A DNA stretch of 63,793 nt, the filler included, from Octopus bimaculoides (taxonomy: Eukaryota), in assembly GCF_001194135.2 (NCBI RefSeq). It is 5 parts of 5 records of this genome, joined end to end, with 100 filler letters (N's around TTAATTAATTAA, not from the genome) between each part and the next. Parts side by side here need not be neighbours in the genome. Positions count along the whole stretch, not along the records: positions 11,497 to 34,546 come from NC_068995.1; positions 34,647 to 47,815 come from NC_068996.1; 3 more parts are not named here. One strand, 5' to 3'. Under the pieces are notes generated by a model. The model saw only the letters and a program-made list of their open reading frames with translations, was not told where the DNA came from and did not search any database. Both the position numbers and the translations under genes were made by a program. How positions within the stretch are numbered: the stretch's first letter is position 1; each line of letters begins with the position of its first letter. This document shows, in pieces, positions 25,769-38,608 of the stretch.

Positions 25769-25780
<12 letters not shown>
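25585..25780 (+). mobile_element. Hammerhead-bearing repeat, copy 2 (inverted partner of copy 1)
   Basis: ggaccactgatgagatcacagaagtgtgacgaaagaactgtggcc at 25614-25658; cleavage triplet is CUG and stem II has a G>A change; ends at (TA)n. Confidence 0.8.
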
Positions 25781-25840
<60 letters not shown>

Positions 25841-26017
25841 GTATACGTATAAATTTATACATGCTTACGTATGTTTGTGTATATATTTGTATACACATGT
25901 GATTATATACACGTATATATGCGTATATATTATATTTACGTCCATGTCTATAAATTTAAATAACTCCTTGAATCTCACCTCTCTCTAATACGCATACATA
26001 TACATACACACACACAT

Positions 26018-26048
<31 letters not shown>

Positions 26049-26599
26049 CATACATACACACATATATGTATGTATGTGTGTGTATATGCATGTATATTAT
26101 ATGTACGTATATATATACACATATATATTCGGTGGAAGCCTCACACCATTACAAAGTTTCTCATTTACAAGTGTAATAAGCACTCGTCCACGCGTTCGTT
26201 AGAAACAACGCCTCTGTGTGTGTGTGTGCGTGTGTGTGTGTATGTGTGTGCGTGTGTGCGTGCGTGCGTGTACATACATACATACATACATACACACACA
26301 AACACACAGAGACTGCATGTGTATATGTGCAAGTAAGTATGCGTAATGTAGCTCTTGTATGTGCATTGATATTTAATCATTCGCTCTACCTACGAACGCT
26401 AGCACATACCTGCTTGTAAGCGTTTGTGCATACAAATATCTGTTCGTGAATAAATGTATTCATGCATTCGTCCATACGCATATTTATGAATGTAAATTTA
26501 TGCTCATGTATGCACACATGCATGAATGTGTGTATTTACATGTATTTGTGTGTACATATGTATGTATGTATGGCTTCTCTTTCTCTTTTTTAATTTAGA

Positions 26600-26810
26600 G
26601 TAAATTGTGACCGGCCACCTGCTTGGTAGCAAGGTTGTGAAGGACAACATCTTGATTTAACCGTCATGCTTTAAATCTTAAGAAGTTCTTGCAGACTTTT
26701 ATAGTCCCAGATATCGTGATGTTTTGTAGCTTATGAATTCCCTCCCCAAGTGTTAAGGTAATCTGTACAGATCTCTTCATAGAAATTATAGCCAGTACTG
26801 ATCTTGTTAC
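26600..26810 (-). pseudogene. R4/Dong LINE 3' end remnant
   Basis: Minus strand encodes HKLQNITISGTIKVCKNFLRFKA*, matching the C-terminus LQIQSITGTVKICKTF of the element at 36.3 kb. Confidence 0.55.
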
Positions 26811-26995
26811 GACGTTTCATATAAGAAACGCTAAATGTAAAGGAAAAACAAGAATAAAAACAAAAATAAAAAACACTCCCGAAATATGGCGTTTAAGCCC
26901 ACCATCCATTTTTTCTAACCTGGATTGAAGGCTCTTTCATTAGAATTTCAACATCAACAACAGTGTTTTTTGTATGTATGTATGTATGTATGTAC

Positions 26996-27280
26996 GCATG
27001 GCTCAGTGGTTAGAGCGTCGGGCTCACAATCATGGGGTAGTGAATTTGATTCCCAGACCAGGCTGTGTGGTGTGTTTTTGAGCAAGGCACTTTATTTCAC
27101 GTTGCTCCAGTTCACTCAGCTGTAGAAATGAGTTGTGACGTCACAGGTGCCAAGCTGTATCGACCTTTGCCTTTCTCAAGGATAACATCGGCAGTGTGGA
27201 GAGGGGAGGCTAGTATGCATGGGTGACTACTGGTTTTCCATAAACAACTTTGCCCAGATTTGTGCCTTGGAGGGGAACTA
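26996..27280 (+). mobile_element. SINE family C, second body variant
   Basis: gcatggctcagtggttagagcgtcgg head, ttgagcaaggcactttatttcacgttgctccagttcactcagctg domain, then a body different from 16094 and 59211. Confidence 0.85.
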
Positions 27281-27801
27281 GTCATTTCGTTCGAACGATT
27301 ATAAGTGACTTTGTTTTGCTAAAGCGGCCCACGGGCCAAATAATGCTGTGGTTGCTGTTGTAGCTATTATTTATCCCAGATCAATCCANNNNNNNNNNNN
27401 NNNNNNNNNNNNNNNNNNNNNNNNNNNNNNNNNNNNNNNNNNNNNNNNNNNNNNNNNNNNNNNNNNNNNNNNNNNNNNNNNNNNNNNNNNNNNNNNNNNN
27501 NNNNNNNNNNNNNNNNNNNNNNNNNNNNNNNNNNNNNNNNNNNNNNNNNNNNNNNNNNNNNNNNNNNNNNNNNNNNNNNNNNNNNNNNNNNNNNNNNNNN
27601 NNNNNNNNNNNNNNNNNNNNNNNNNNNNNNNNNNNNNNNNNNNNNNNNNNNNNNNNNNNNNNNNNNNNNNNNNNNNNNNNNNNNNNNNNNNNNNNNNNNN
27701 NNNNNNNNNNNNNNNNNNNNNNNNNNNNNNNNNNNNNNNNNNNNNNNNNNNNNNNNNNNNNNNNNNNNNNNNNNNNNNNNNNNNNNNNNNNNNNNNNNNN
27801 N

Positions 27802-27837
<36 letters not shown>

Positions 27838-28033
27838 GTGTGCGTGTTTGGTGTGTGTGTGTGCGTGACTGAGTTAATGAATATTTATGAGAGCTGATGT
27901 GAAATTAGCCGACTAAATTGTCTCATTAATATGCAGTGGTGTTACAGCGTTTTAAACTCATACAGAGACGGTACGTGTTAGAGAGAAATACAGAAAGGCA
28001 GACAGATATGTATAGACAGGTAGAGTGGTAGAC

Positions 28034-28104
<71 letters not shown>

Positions 28105-28205
28105 CAGACGATAAAGAGACATAGATGGATATATATATATATATATATATAGACAGACAGACAGACAGATAGATAGATAGACAGACAGACTGATAGATAG
28201 ATAGG

Positions 28206-28253
<48 letters not shown>

Positions 28254-28480
28254 TACATATCTATCATGTCTATATTAATTTCGTCAACTGTGTCAATCTG
28301 TCTCCTTGTGCATAATACTCCAACTTGACACCGTCAACTGATGTCAACAAGATTCCTTTTCCATCCTCGCTATGCTGATTCCATCAACACTGTCCCCTGT
28401 CCTTAATGTCTCTGTCGGTTCCGTTCAGCTTACCACAAACGCTACCTCCGCTTCCCTGGTCATAATAACTACTAAGACCC

Positions 28481-28594
28481 TGAAGTAGCTGTATGCTGTC
28501 AACTTAATGTGACATTCCCTTGAAGGGAATAATACTACTGTTGGTTAAACCTAGGAAGCTGTACCGCTTAAGTTGACAGCATACAACTACTTCA
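28481..28594. repeat. Inverted repeat, 27-bp arms (1 mismatch), 60-nt spacer
   Basis: tgaagtagctgtatgctgtcaacttaa (28481-28507) and ttaagttgacagcatacaactacttca (28568-28594); inner palindrome attccctt-g-aagggaat (28514-28530). Confidence 0.92.
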
Positions 28595-29080
28595 TCGTAT
28601 CACTACTGCATAAATCTCTCTGAGAGATTTAGAAATGTATTACTTCTATACTTAGACCCCGTCAATTGTCACCTGTCCATCATTTCTATTTTGATCCCCA
28701 CCTGATGTCAACACGTGCCTCTTATCCTTAGTATCCTTTTGACCTTGCTAATAAATGTGAACTCTGATCACACTCGCTAGTATTCATTTAACCTTCATCA
28801 TCAGGTGTCATTCGAGTCAACTGTATCTCATGCCACTGTAGCCTCCACCAACTTATTGATAATGTCATTTGCCTCTAATGTCACCTTTATTTTCGTTAAG
28901 TAACACCAATATTATCTATGGTTTTCTAGTGCTACTTTATCTGCTACAAACATATTAAATCTATCAAATATGTTTACAGTTAGTTTAGTATGGTAGGTGA
29001 ACTTCTTAACAACGCAATTGGAAACTAACGAGAAATAATTACACGGTGAGCGGAGAAAATTAATATTAGTTTCAAATTTT

Positions 29081-29265
29081 GGCACAAGGCCAGCAAGTTT
29101 AGGAGAGTGGGTAAGCCGTATACATTGACTTACTTATTTTGTCAACCTTGAAAGGTTGAAAGGCAAAGTTGGTCTCGGTGGAATTTGAACGCAGAACGTA
29201 AAGACGGACGAAATGTCGTTAAGCATTTTCCTCGGCATGGCAACGATTCTGCCAGCTCGCTGCTT
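29081..29265 (-). mobile_element. SINE family B
   Basis: ggcacaaggccagc...gaaaggcaaagt...ggaatttgaac...aacgattctgccagctcgc. Confidence 0.85.
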
Positions 29266-29575
29266 TAGAGAAAATTGATATTGGTAAATCGCTCATATTG
29301 TTTTAATAATATTCGGCATGCATGGGAGATATGCTTCGGTCTTGATACAGCCCCATCAGATGAAGATGAACTTAACCGTACTTGCTGAAGTAGTTATAAG
29401 AGAATCACGAAGTAAATCTATCATAATGTACACAGGTTAAATACAGAAAATTAGAAATATTTAGAGTAAAATACCAGCTTAAAGATACAATCTCTACGAA
29501 GAGCAATAGATAAGTGTTAGTGTTAAAATGTCTTCTGCTGGATCCACTATAAATATTCTTTCTTTGTGTAGACGT

Positions 29576-29764
29576 AGGCATGGCTCTGTGTGTGTGGTTA
29601 GAAGTTTGCTTCCCAACCGCACGGTTACGAGTTCAGTCCCACTGAATGGCACCTTGGACAAGTGTCTTCTACAATAGCTTTGGGCCGACTAAAGCCTTTG
29701 AGTGAATTTGGTAGACGAAAACTGAAAGAAACCCGTCTTATGTGTGTGTGTATATATATGCATA

Positions 29765-29813
<49 letters not shown>

Positions 29814-30030
29814 CTTTGTGTCTGTGTTTGTTTGCCATCACTTTGACAACCGGTGTCGGGGCGTTTACGTGTCCGTAACTTAGCGCTTCAGCAAAAGAGA
29901 CCGATAGAATAAGTACCAGGCTTAAAAAAACATCAGTGCTGGGGGTCGATTCATTCGACTAAAAATTCTTCAAGGCAATGCCACAGCATGGCCGCGGTCA
30001 AATAACTGAAACAGGGTAAAATATAAAAGG
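29576..30030 (+). mobile_element. SINE family A
   Basis: Full head, CORE-like segment, (TG)n insert, gaccgatagaataagtaccagg module and cagcatggccgcggtc tail. Confidence 0.9.
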
Positions 30031-30676
30031 TAAAGATATAATTATAAGTTATGAAAAATATATTAACTAATGATTTATATCATACTAATGGTTTTTGTTA
30101 TTTCGCAAAGAGCGGGAGAGAATTCCAGCCTGTTTCAGCGGATAAGCATGGATAGTTAGCGTACGTTGTAGAAGAATTGATGGAAAATTCATTAAATAAA
30201 TGTTTAAGATTCTATGCTCTAGTTGGTGTAGACAATATTTAGCTTCTTTAGAGAGTGCCATCAGTACAAAAATACAAACAAACCCAAACAATAGTAAAAT
30301 ATCAATGTGTTTATATATTTAATGCAGATAGCATTGGAAACCTAACTAGAGTTAATAATGCGGTTCAGTAGAAAGAAAAACAACAAACACAATATTAACT
30401 AAAAGATAATTTGATTTCAGCTTTCTCAGTTATTCTGGAAAGAGCAATAGTCGACAATGATCATGTTTCAGTTTTGATGTTCTGTCATCGAGTAAGCGTA
30501 GATTTTCTAAGTAGCAAGCGAAATATTTCTGTGAGAATCACGAAATAAATGTACGAGATTGTCCATTGGACGATGCAGAAAGGTATCTTGTTTATTTGTT
30601 TGGAGAATGAGTGACTTGGAAATATCAACATAAAAAGAATAGTTAAGTTCTAGTGTTAACATATCCATTGCGTATA

Positions 30677-31018
30677 TTTTATTCGTTTCAGTCATTGGAC
30701 TGCGGCCATGCTGGAGGACTGCGTTGAAGGGTTTAGTCAAACAAATCGAGCCCAGTACTTATGTACTGGTTGGCAAGGGGTGTAGGTGTGTAACAAATAC
30801 AGAGAGAGAGAGAGACACACACACACATACATAATACACACACACATATATTTAAGACAGGCTTCCACAAGTTTCCGTCAACCAAATTTTGTTACAATGC
30901 ATTGATCGGCTTGGGGCTATGGTAGAAGACCATTGTCCAAGGTGTCACAAAATGGAATTGAGCTCGAAACCTCGTGATTCTAAAGCTGATTTTTTAACCT
31001 CACAGCCATAACTGGCGT
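30677..31018 (-). mobile_element. SINE family A, diverged
   Basis: tttcagtcattggactgcggccatgctggag tail; gtagaagaccattgtccaaggtgtcac CORE-like segment. Confidence 0.8.
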
Positions 31019-31177
31019 CTAATGTAGCGAGTATCAAAAATAAAGGTAAAAAATAATCACGCAGTTTAAAACAAAAAGACAAAAAAATAACACAAAATAA
31101 TAATATAATGTCTAATATGAAATAACTGAGATATGACTATCTCAGTTATTTGAGAAACAAGGTAAAAAAAAACTCTA

Positions 31178-31209
31178 TACATGTTTCGATACAGATGAGA
31201 TCTCGTCAG
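31178..31209 (-). ncRNA. Minimal hammerhead-like motif (core intact, stem I weak)
   Basis: Minus strand CUGACGA-GAU-cucaucugu-AUC-GAAA-CAUG-UA^: palindromic stem III ACAUGU and GUA triplet; flanks pair poorly. Confidence 0.45.
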
Positions 31210-31757
31210 GTAAGCATCAAATTCGGCAGAACTTGCCGAAGTATTGATGAGAGAACCACTAGAAAAAAAGAAAAAAAAAAAGAAACGTATGATATGGGTT
31301 GGTCAAAATGAGTTAAGAAAATAGAAAATGTTTTGAAAATAAATAGCTACAAACCACTAAACGGTCACAAAGGTGAAGAAATAAGAACTAACAAGTAAAT
31401 AAACAAATACATTTATAAAGAAAGAAAGAAAAACTCAAGAAAATCCCTTACAAATAAAGCAACAAGTTTATTGTAAATGGCATTTGTTGGTTAAACACGG
31501 AGATATTTAGAGAAATCAATATAAAGTAGACGGCGCTGCAAGTCACTACCGACATTAGAAAAGTTGCGTATATATGTCTAGTGGACATAAACGTATGTGT
31601 CTGCTTGTCAATGTTCGATGTATATGAGTGGATGTATGCGTACGTATATGTGGGTGTATGCGTTGACACACATATGGACACGCACACACACACACACACA
31701 CGTGTGTGTGTTTGAGTTTGAATGAATATATATCAGTGTATGGATGTATGTGTGTGT

Positions 31758-31794
<37 letters not shown>

Positions 31795-33380
31795 TATAAG
31801 TATGTATGTTTGTACGTGGTCCGTGTACGTTTAGATGATGAAAAGCGTGTGTTCATAAATGCTTACGGTTATATGTGAATGTAAGAGACTATCCCTGAAT
31901 ATGTCTATGGGCTTCTATGTAAATGGATGTATACGGATGTATACAGATGTATGTAGGAGTGTAAGAATATATGCTCATGGATGTATATGTATGTGTGAGA
32001 ATATGCATACGTGAATAAGTATGTGTATGTGTATGCGTGTGAATGAGTTTGTGTGTGAATGTAAGTATATATATATATATATATATATATNNNNNNNNNN
32101 NNNNNNNNNNNNNNNNNNNNNNNNNNNNNNNNNNNNNNNNNNNNNNNNNNNNNNNNNNNNNNNNNNNNNNNNNNNNNNNNNNNNNNNNNNNNNNNNNNNN
32201 NNNNNNNNNNNNNNNNNNNNNNNNNNNNNNNNNNNNNNNNNNNNNNNNNNNNNNNNNNNNNNNNNNNNNNNNNNNNNNNNNNNNNNNNNNNNNNNNNNNN
32301 NNNNNNNNNNNNNNNNNNNNNNNNNNNNNNNNNNNNNNNNNNNNNNNNNNNNNNNNNNNNNNNNNNNNNNNNNNNNNNNNNNNNNNNNNNNNNNNNNNNN
32401 NNNNNNNNNNNNNNNNNNNNNNNNNNNNNNNNNNNNNNNNNNNNNNNNNNNNNNNNNNNNNNNNNNNNNNNNNNNNNNNNNNNNNNNNNNNNNNNNNNNN
32501 NNNNNNNNNNNNNNNNNNNNNNNNNNNNNNNNNNNNNNNNNNNNNNNNNNCATATATACATACATATATACATCCATACATACACACATACATACACACA
32601 TACACACACATGCATACAAATATACATACACACATACATACATACACACATACACACATGCATACAAACATACACATATACATACATACACGCATACAAA
32701 TATACATACATATACTTATGTAGACACTAACATACTTGTATATATGTGGATGTATATGTGTAGGGATGCAAACATACGTATCTATGTATGCATAATCATG
32801 TATGTGTGTATGTCTGTCTACGTGTGTGTCTATATGTATGTGATAATGTGTATGTCTGTGTGTGTGTTTGTATGTATGTATATATATATATCAAATGATA
32901 TATATTTATATATATGTATGTATATATATTTGTATCTATGTATCTATGTATATTTGTATGTATGTAAACGTATGTATGTACATATACATGTATGCCAGCG
33001 TGTATAGTGTATGCATATTATGTATGTCTCTCTATTTGTGTGCGCATATGTGTGTATGCGCGTGTGTGTGCGCGCGCGTGCGTTTGTGTTTATATTTCTG
33101 CTTGTGCCAAGAATAATCCACGTAGGTGGTGTTCTCCTGGTGAGGTGAATTCGCGACCTAAATTCCATTCTGTTAACGACGTTGCATTAAGAAAAGCATG
33201 AACATCACAACCTTATATTTTCATTCATTCCTTCACATCAGTACATCTTGTAGATCGATACCTATAATTACAAAAGGTCAAATAACTGACTTTCTGATTT
33301 GATTTATGGTACTCATACGAAGAGTAAACGAATATTATAGATGTCCATTTTTTATGAATACGTCTTCTTATTTATTTTGA

Positions 33381-33446
<66 letters not shown>

Positions 33447-34029
33447 GTATGTATGTGTGTGCGTGTGTGTGTATGTGTACATATATAAATATGAATATAT
33501 GTATATATATATACATACGTAGCTACGCATATATTCATATTTGCTGAGAGAAATAACAACAGACGTTTCTTTACATTATTCAAGTCTCACAGCGTCGAGA
33601 AAAAGAAAAAAAAAGTTAAAGTAAAAAGCGCTTAGGTTTACCAGATAAATTTAATGTGGTTGGCCTATTAGGAGAGAACTTGATATCAATCGCTGTTTAA
33701 ATCAGATACGACCTAGATCTGTCTGTAATGGCTAGATTAGCGTGAATATCATGACTTCTTTGACGGAGTGGTCATATACTAACTAAATAGTCTATGTACA
33801 AACAGCGTGTATTTGTAATTCTAAATCATATTTAATGTAAAGGTCTGCAGTTTATAACGCCTATACTGTGGAAAGTAAACAGACGTGAATACTTTTAATT
33901 ATTCACTTTTCACACAAAAAAATAAAGAGCTTGGATTATCGTGGCGTGTTTCGTGGTCAGTTGGCTGTTCTTCAAAAGTTGAACACTTCTTAACCTTCTG
34001 TTTAAGAATGGAAATTAACAGCAGTTTGT

Positions 34030-34230
34030 AGGTTATGGACTAGGGATAGTGTTAGGGTTTAGGGTTGTGGTTAAAGTTAGGATCAAGGTTTACGTTAGAT
34101 TTAGTTTATGCTTAGGGTTAGGATTAGATAAGATAAAGAGTTAGTTTATGGCTAGGGATTCGGATTAGTTTATGTTAGGGATTAGAATTAGGTTTATGGC
34201 TGGGATTATGGTATGGCAGATTGAGATAGG
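34030..34230 (+). repeat. Degenerate TTAGGG-rich tandem array
   Basis: gttagggtttagggtt..., cttagggttaggattag, with a recurring ~28-bp unit ttagtttatg(g)ctagggatt. Confidence 0.6.
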
Positions 34231-34254
34231 ATAAAAAACGATAAAGCTACTTGC

Positions 34255-34472
34255 CGAGACATAAATTTATAAGACCGGTTTTTCGGTTTCCGTGGCGCAT
34301 ATATTCCCTTCTGGACGGTAAGCCGGTCTGTCGTAAGATTTTCCTCATTTTTGCCAGTTAAATGGACTGGACCAGCGCAAAATGAAGTGTTTTGCTAAAG
34401 AACTCAACGCATCGCCTGACCCAGGAATCGAACTCACAATCATGAGTCCAATACCCTAACCACTAAGCCACG
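34255..34472 (-). mobile_element. SINE family C, third body variant
   Basis: Reverse complement has head gtggcttagtggttagggtatt..gagttcgattcc and the domain aaaacacttcattttgcgctggtccagtccatttaactgg, then a distinct body. Confidence 0.75.
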
Positions 34473-34499
34473 TAACTCCATGATTGAGGGCTGATAGTG

Positions 34500-34546
<47 letters not shown>

Positions 34547-34646
34547 NNNNNNNNNNNNNNNNNNNNNNNNNNNNNNNNNNNNNNNNNNNNTTAATTAATT
34601 AANNNNNNNNNNNNNNNNNNNNNNNNNNNNNNNNNNNNNNNNNNNN

Positions 34647-35598
34647 AGGGCTTTAGAGTCAATCTAGCTAAAACCAAAGTCCTAATAAGTAGGAAGGTAG
34701 ACAAAACACAAACCCTTTCAGGTAGATGGCTCTGCTCGATCTGTAGAAAAGGTGTAGGTAGAAACTCTATAAGATTTACCCAGTGTAAGCTATGGACACA
34801 TAAGAGGTGCAGCAATATCAAAGGAAGGTTAACTAGGAAGTTAATTTTTGTAGGTAGCCGATGTTCAGGAGCAATAAACACTGAAAATGTGCAGAAAACA
34901 ACTTCAGCCACATTCCAGAGAGAAAAACTAGACGTAATTGATAGCTGACCAAGTCAGTAGTGGGAGAGGGTGCGCTGAAAGTGTAGCTACTAGAATAAGA
35001 ATAGCCAGAGCAAAGTTCAGAGAGCTCTTACCTCTGCTGGTAACAAAGGGCCTCTCGCTCAGAGTAAAAGGCAGACTGTATGACGCATGTGTACGAACAG
35101 CCATGCTTCATGGCAGTGAAACATGGGACCGTGACTGCTGAGGACATGCGTAAGCTCGCAAGGAATGATGCCAGTATGCTCCGATGGATGTGTAATGCCA
35201 GCGTGCATACTCGACAGAGTGTAAATACCTTGAGAGAAAAGTTGAACCTAAGAAGCATCAGCTGTGGTGTACAAGAGAGACGATTGCGCTGGTATGGCCA
35301 TGTAGCTAGAATGGATGAGGATAGCTGTGTGAAAAATTGCCACACCCTAGCAGTTGAGGGAACCTGTGAAAGACCTGGGATGACGTGGTGAAGCACGACC
35401 TTCGAACATTAGGCCTCACCGAGGCAATGACTTACGACCGAGAGCTTTGGAAATATGCTGTGCGTGAGAAGACCCGGCAAGCCAAGTGAGACCATAATCC
35501 GAGGCCTTTGCCAGGGATGTAGCCATCCCACTTATGCATACCTTTCCTTCATTGGACACTAAACTCTGCTTGCAAAGACCTGTTGAGACAAGTGAAAT
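34647..35598 (+). pseudogene. RTE-clade LINE, 3' part of ORF (post-RT region) and 3' UTR
   Basis: RVNLAKTKVL, WLCSICRKGVGRNSI, RLYDACVRTAMLHGSETW, MLRWMC, RRLRWYGHVARM; frameshifts present; both ends run into gaps. Confidence 0.9.
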
Positions 35599-36252
35599 NN
35601 NNNNNNNNNNNNNNNNNNNNNNNNNNNNNNNNNNNNNNNNNNNNNNNNNNNNNNNNNNNNNNNNNNNNNNNNNNNNNNNNNNNNNNNNNNNNNNNNNNNN
35701 NNNNNNNNNNNNNNNNNNNNNNNNNNNNNNNNNNNNNNNNNNNNNNNNNNNNNNNNNNNNNNNNNNNNNNNNNNNNNNNNNNNNNNNNNNNNNNNNNNNN
35801 NNNNNNNNNNNNNNNNNNNNNNNNNNNNNNNNNNNNNNNNNNNNNNNNNNNNNNNNNNNNNNNNNNNNNNNNNNNNNNNNNNNNNNNNNNNNNNNNNNNN
35901 NNNNNNNNNNNNNNNNNNNNNNNNNNNNNNNNNNNNNNNNNNNNNNNNNNNNNNNNNNNNNNNNNNNNNNNNNNNNNNNNNNNNNNNNNNNNNNNNNNNN
36001 NNNNNNNNNNNNNNNNNNNNNNNNNNNNNNNNNNNNNNNNNNNNNNNNNNNNNNNNNNNNNNNNNNNNNNNNNNNNNNNNNNNNNNNNNNNNNNNNNNNN
36101 NNNNNNNNNNNNNNNNNNNNNNNNNNNNNNNNNNNNNNNNNNNNNNNNNNNNNNNNNNNNNNNNNNNNNNNNNNNNNNNNNNNNNNNNNNNNNNNNNNNN
36201 NNNNNNNNNNNNNNNNNNNNNNNNNNNNNNNNNNNNNNNNNNNNNNNNNNNN

Positions 36253-38541
36253 TGCATGTATTCTCATACACATAGTTGCATATCTAGACATGCTCATATA
36301 TATTTAAATGATACACTTCTGGAAAGTTTTACAGATTTTTACAGTTCCAGTGATGGATTGAATCTGTAATCTTCTAATTAGCTTTCTCCTTTCTGGTTTT
36401 GAGAAGCCTAATTTCTCAGGATTGGTATTTAGGCAGTGTGTTACATATCCCTGGACCCCAATAATTACAGGTATAAACCTGAACTTGTAATCTGGATAGA
36501 GTAACTGCAGATTTCTCAATAGGTGTTCTCTTTTTCACTGATCTTCAGCTCTGTGTTAACATCTGCTGGGCAGCTAATTTCCACAACTGTGTAGTTTTCT
36601 TCTCTATCCCAAATCATTATATCAGGTCTGTTGTGCTTGAGGTCTTCACTGGTATTCCTTTTTATTATGAGTGGCTATGGCTTCTACCATATTGTGGGTT
36701 CTTGTTTCTTTCTCCTTGGGATTATCCTTCTGACGGATTTCATTATAGTGTCTTAGCTACAATGTCATGTATGATCAGTAGATAATACCGTGATAACATT
36801 TTCGGACAACTGCTTATGACGTGGGTGATATCTTCAGTGTGAGCTCCTCAAAATCTGCATTGGTTGTCACACTTCACGGCTTTACCTGCATCTGTATCCC
36901 TTTTGTGCATCACGTACTTGCTTGATATTTCCTGTTCCTGGATTGCAAACGGATACCCTTCAAAATAGGAGGTAGTAATCCAGCTATTTGTCCATGATAA
37001 ACTGCTTTGATGATCAATTTTACTATCATCACAGAGCTTTCTAGTAACATATCCATGCATAGTCATCTGTTCATATAGGCTCATTCTTTCACCTGATAAT
37101 ACTTTGTGGTAGAGTCGTGCGACTTCTTTGGGCATGTATTCTAGGTTATCAGACAAAGAATGTTGCTCAAGGAGCTGCCTTCCAAGTCTTATGATGTTAT
37201 CACCTTCATGTATGCAAACTTGGTCAAGGGATGCACTTCGACGCTTGGTTCATAAAAGATGTTGCCGAAGGGATGTAATGCAACATTGAAAATCATTTTG
37301 AATCGATGTTAAGCCACTTCCGTCTTGTTTTCATTTTAGGTAGAAGCGGTCTACCTCACTGTTTATGTGGAAATTATGTTTGCATGTTAGTATTTTTCAG
37401 GTTTTCGCATCAATGGCTCGGAGCTCATCAAGCATCCAATCAAGCAGCCCAAATGTTGTTTTATTGAATGCAGAGTGTTCAGAGGTCCAAAACACATTGT
37501 TTTATTGAATGCAGAGTGTTCAGAGGTCCAAATTTTCTTTATTTGGCTGTAATATTCTTTAGAGGTGCCACTGTAAGATATATTTTCTTCCACCCCTAGA
37601 TACCTGTAACATTCCTCGTCAGATACAGGGGAAACAGTCAAATCATTAATGGGGATGTTACTAGTCTGGTTTATAGTTTTCCTCCTTTTCACAGCCATAC
37701 AACAACATTTATCCTGACCAAACTCCAATCCTACATCCTTTGAGAATGCTATAACTAGGTCAAGGCTCTTTTTTCATCTCGTGCATAGTCATTGCGTAAA
37801 GTTTAGAGTCATCCATAAAGAAACAGTATGTAATTTTGGTATTTCTGTTTCCTTGTGAACAAATGAGATATCCTTCAGACTTCCTTAAGATGAATGACAA
37901 GGGGTTTACAGAAAGTATAAACAACATCACAGAGAGGCTATCTCCTTGGAATATGCCTTTGCGATACTGTATTCTATCGGTGATATGTTTAATTTCAAGA
38001 TGGTGGCCCACGATGAAGTCTGGTCAGCTATGGCTTTGACTATACTCACTGGAACTTTAGCAAGTTGAAGGGCTTCTAACATCCATGAGTGGGGAACAGA
38101 GTCAAAGGCTTTCTTGTGGTGTAGCCACATTGAAACTAGGTTCCTCCTATTCTCTCGCACCTCTGACATCACAGTTGTGTTGATTAGCAATTGTTCGGCA
38201 CATCCCCAGATTCCCTTCTTCCTATCTGCTTGTTCTGCTGTGATAATGTTAGTAGTTTCACAATGATCCTGGAGGAAGAGGTTTAAACATGTTGTATATA
38301 TTTGATACATTAAGTTCTGGCATGCAATTGGCTAGTAGTTTTTTGGCATGTGGGTGGTCTGGGGATCAATTTTGTCTCTGCCAGAGCTAACCAGTGGGTA
38401 TGCTACTGTTCCCAATAAAAGCTTGGTCGATAGAAAGTTTTCTTTCTTTGCAATGAGGCGCTGTTTCAGTTCCTCAATTACTACGTTCAGGCCCTTTCTT
38501 TCAATATTATACTTCCTTTTCAGTGCCCTGTATTATTATTA

Positions 38542-38608
<67 letters not shown>

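Noticed and set aside
26996-27070. tRNA-like sequences with A and B boxes
   Set aside because: They continue into SINE bodies and lack a proper acceptor stem; called as SINE heads, not tRNA genes.
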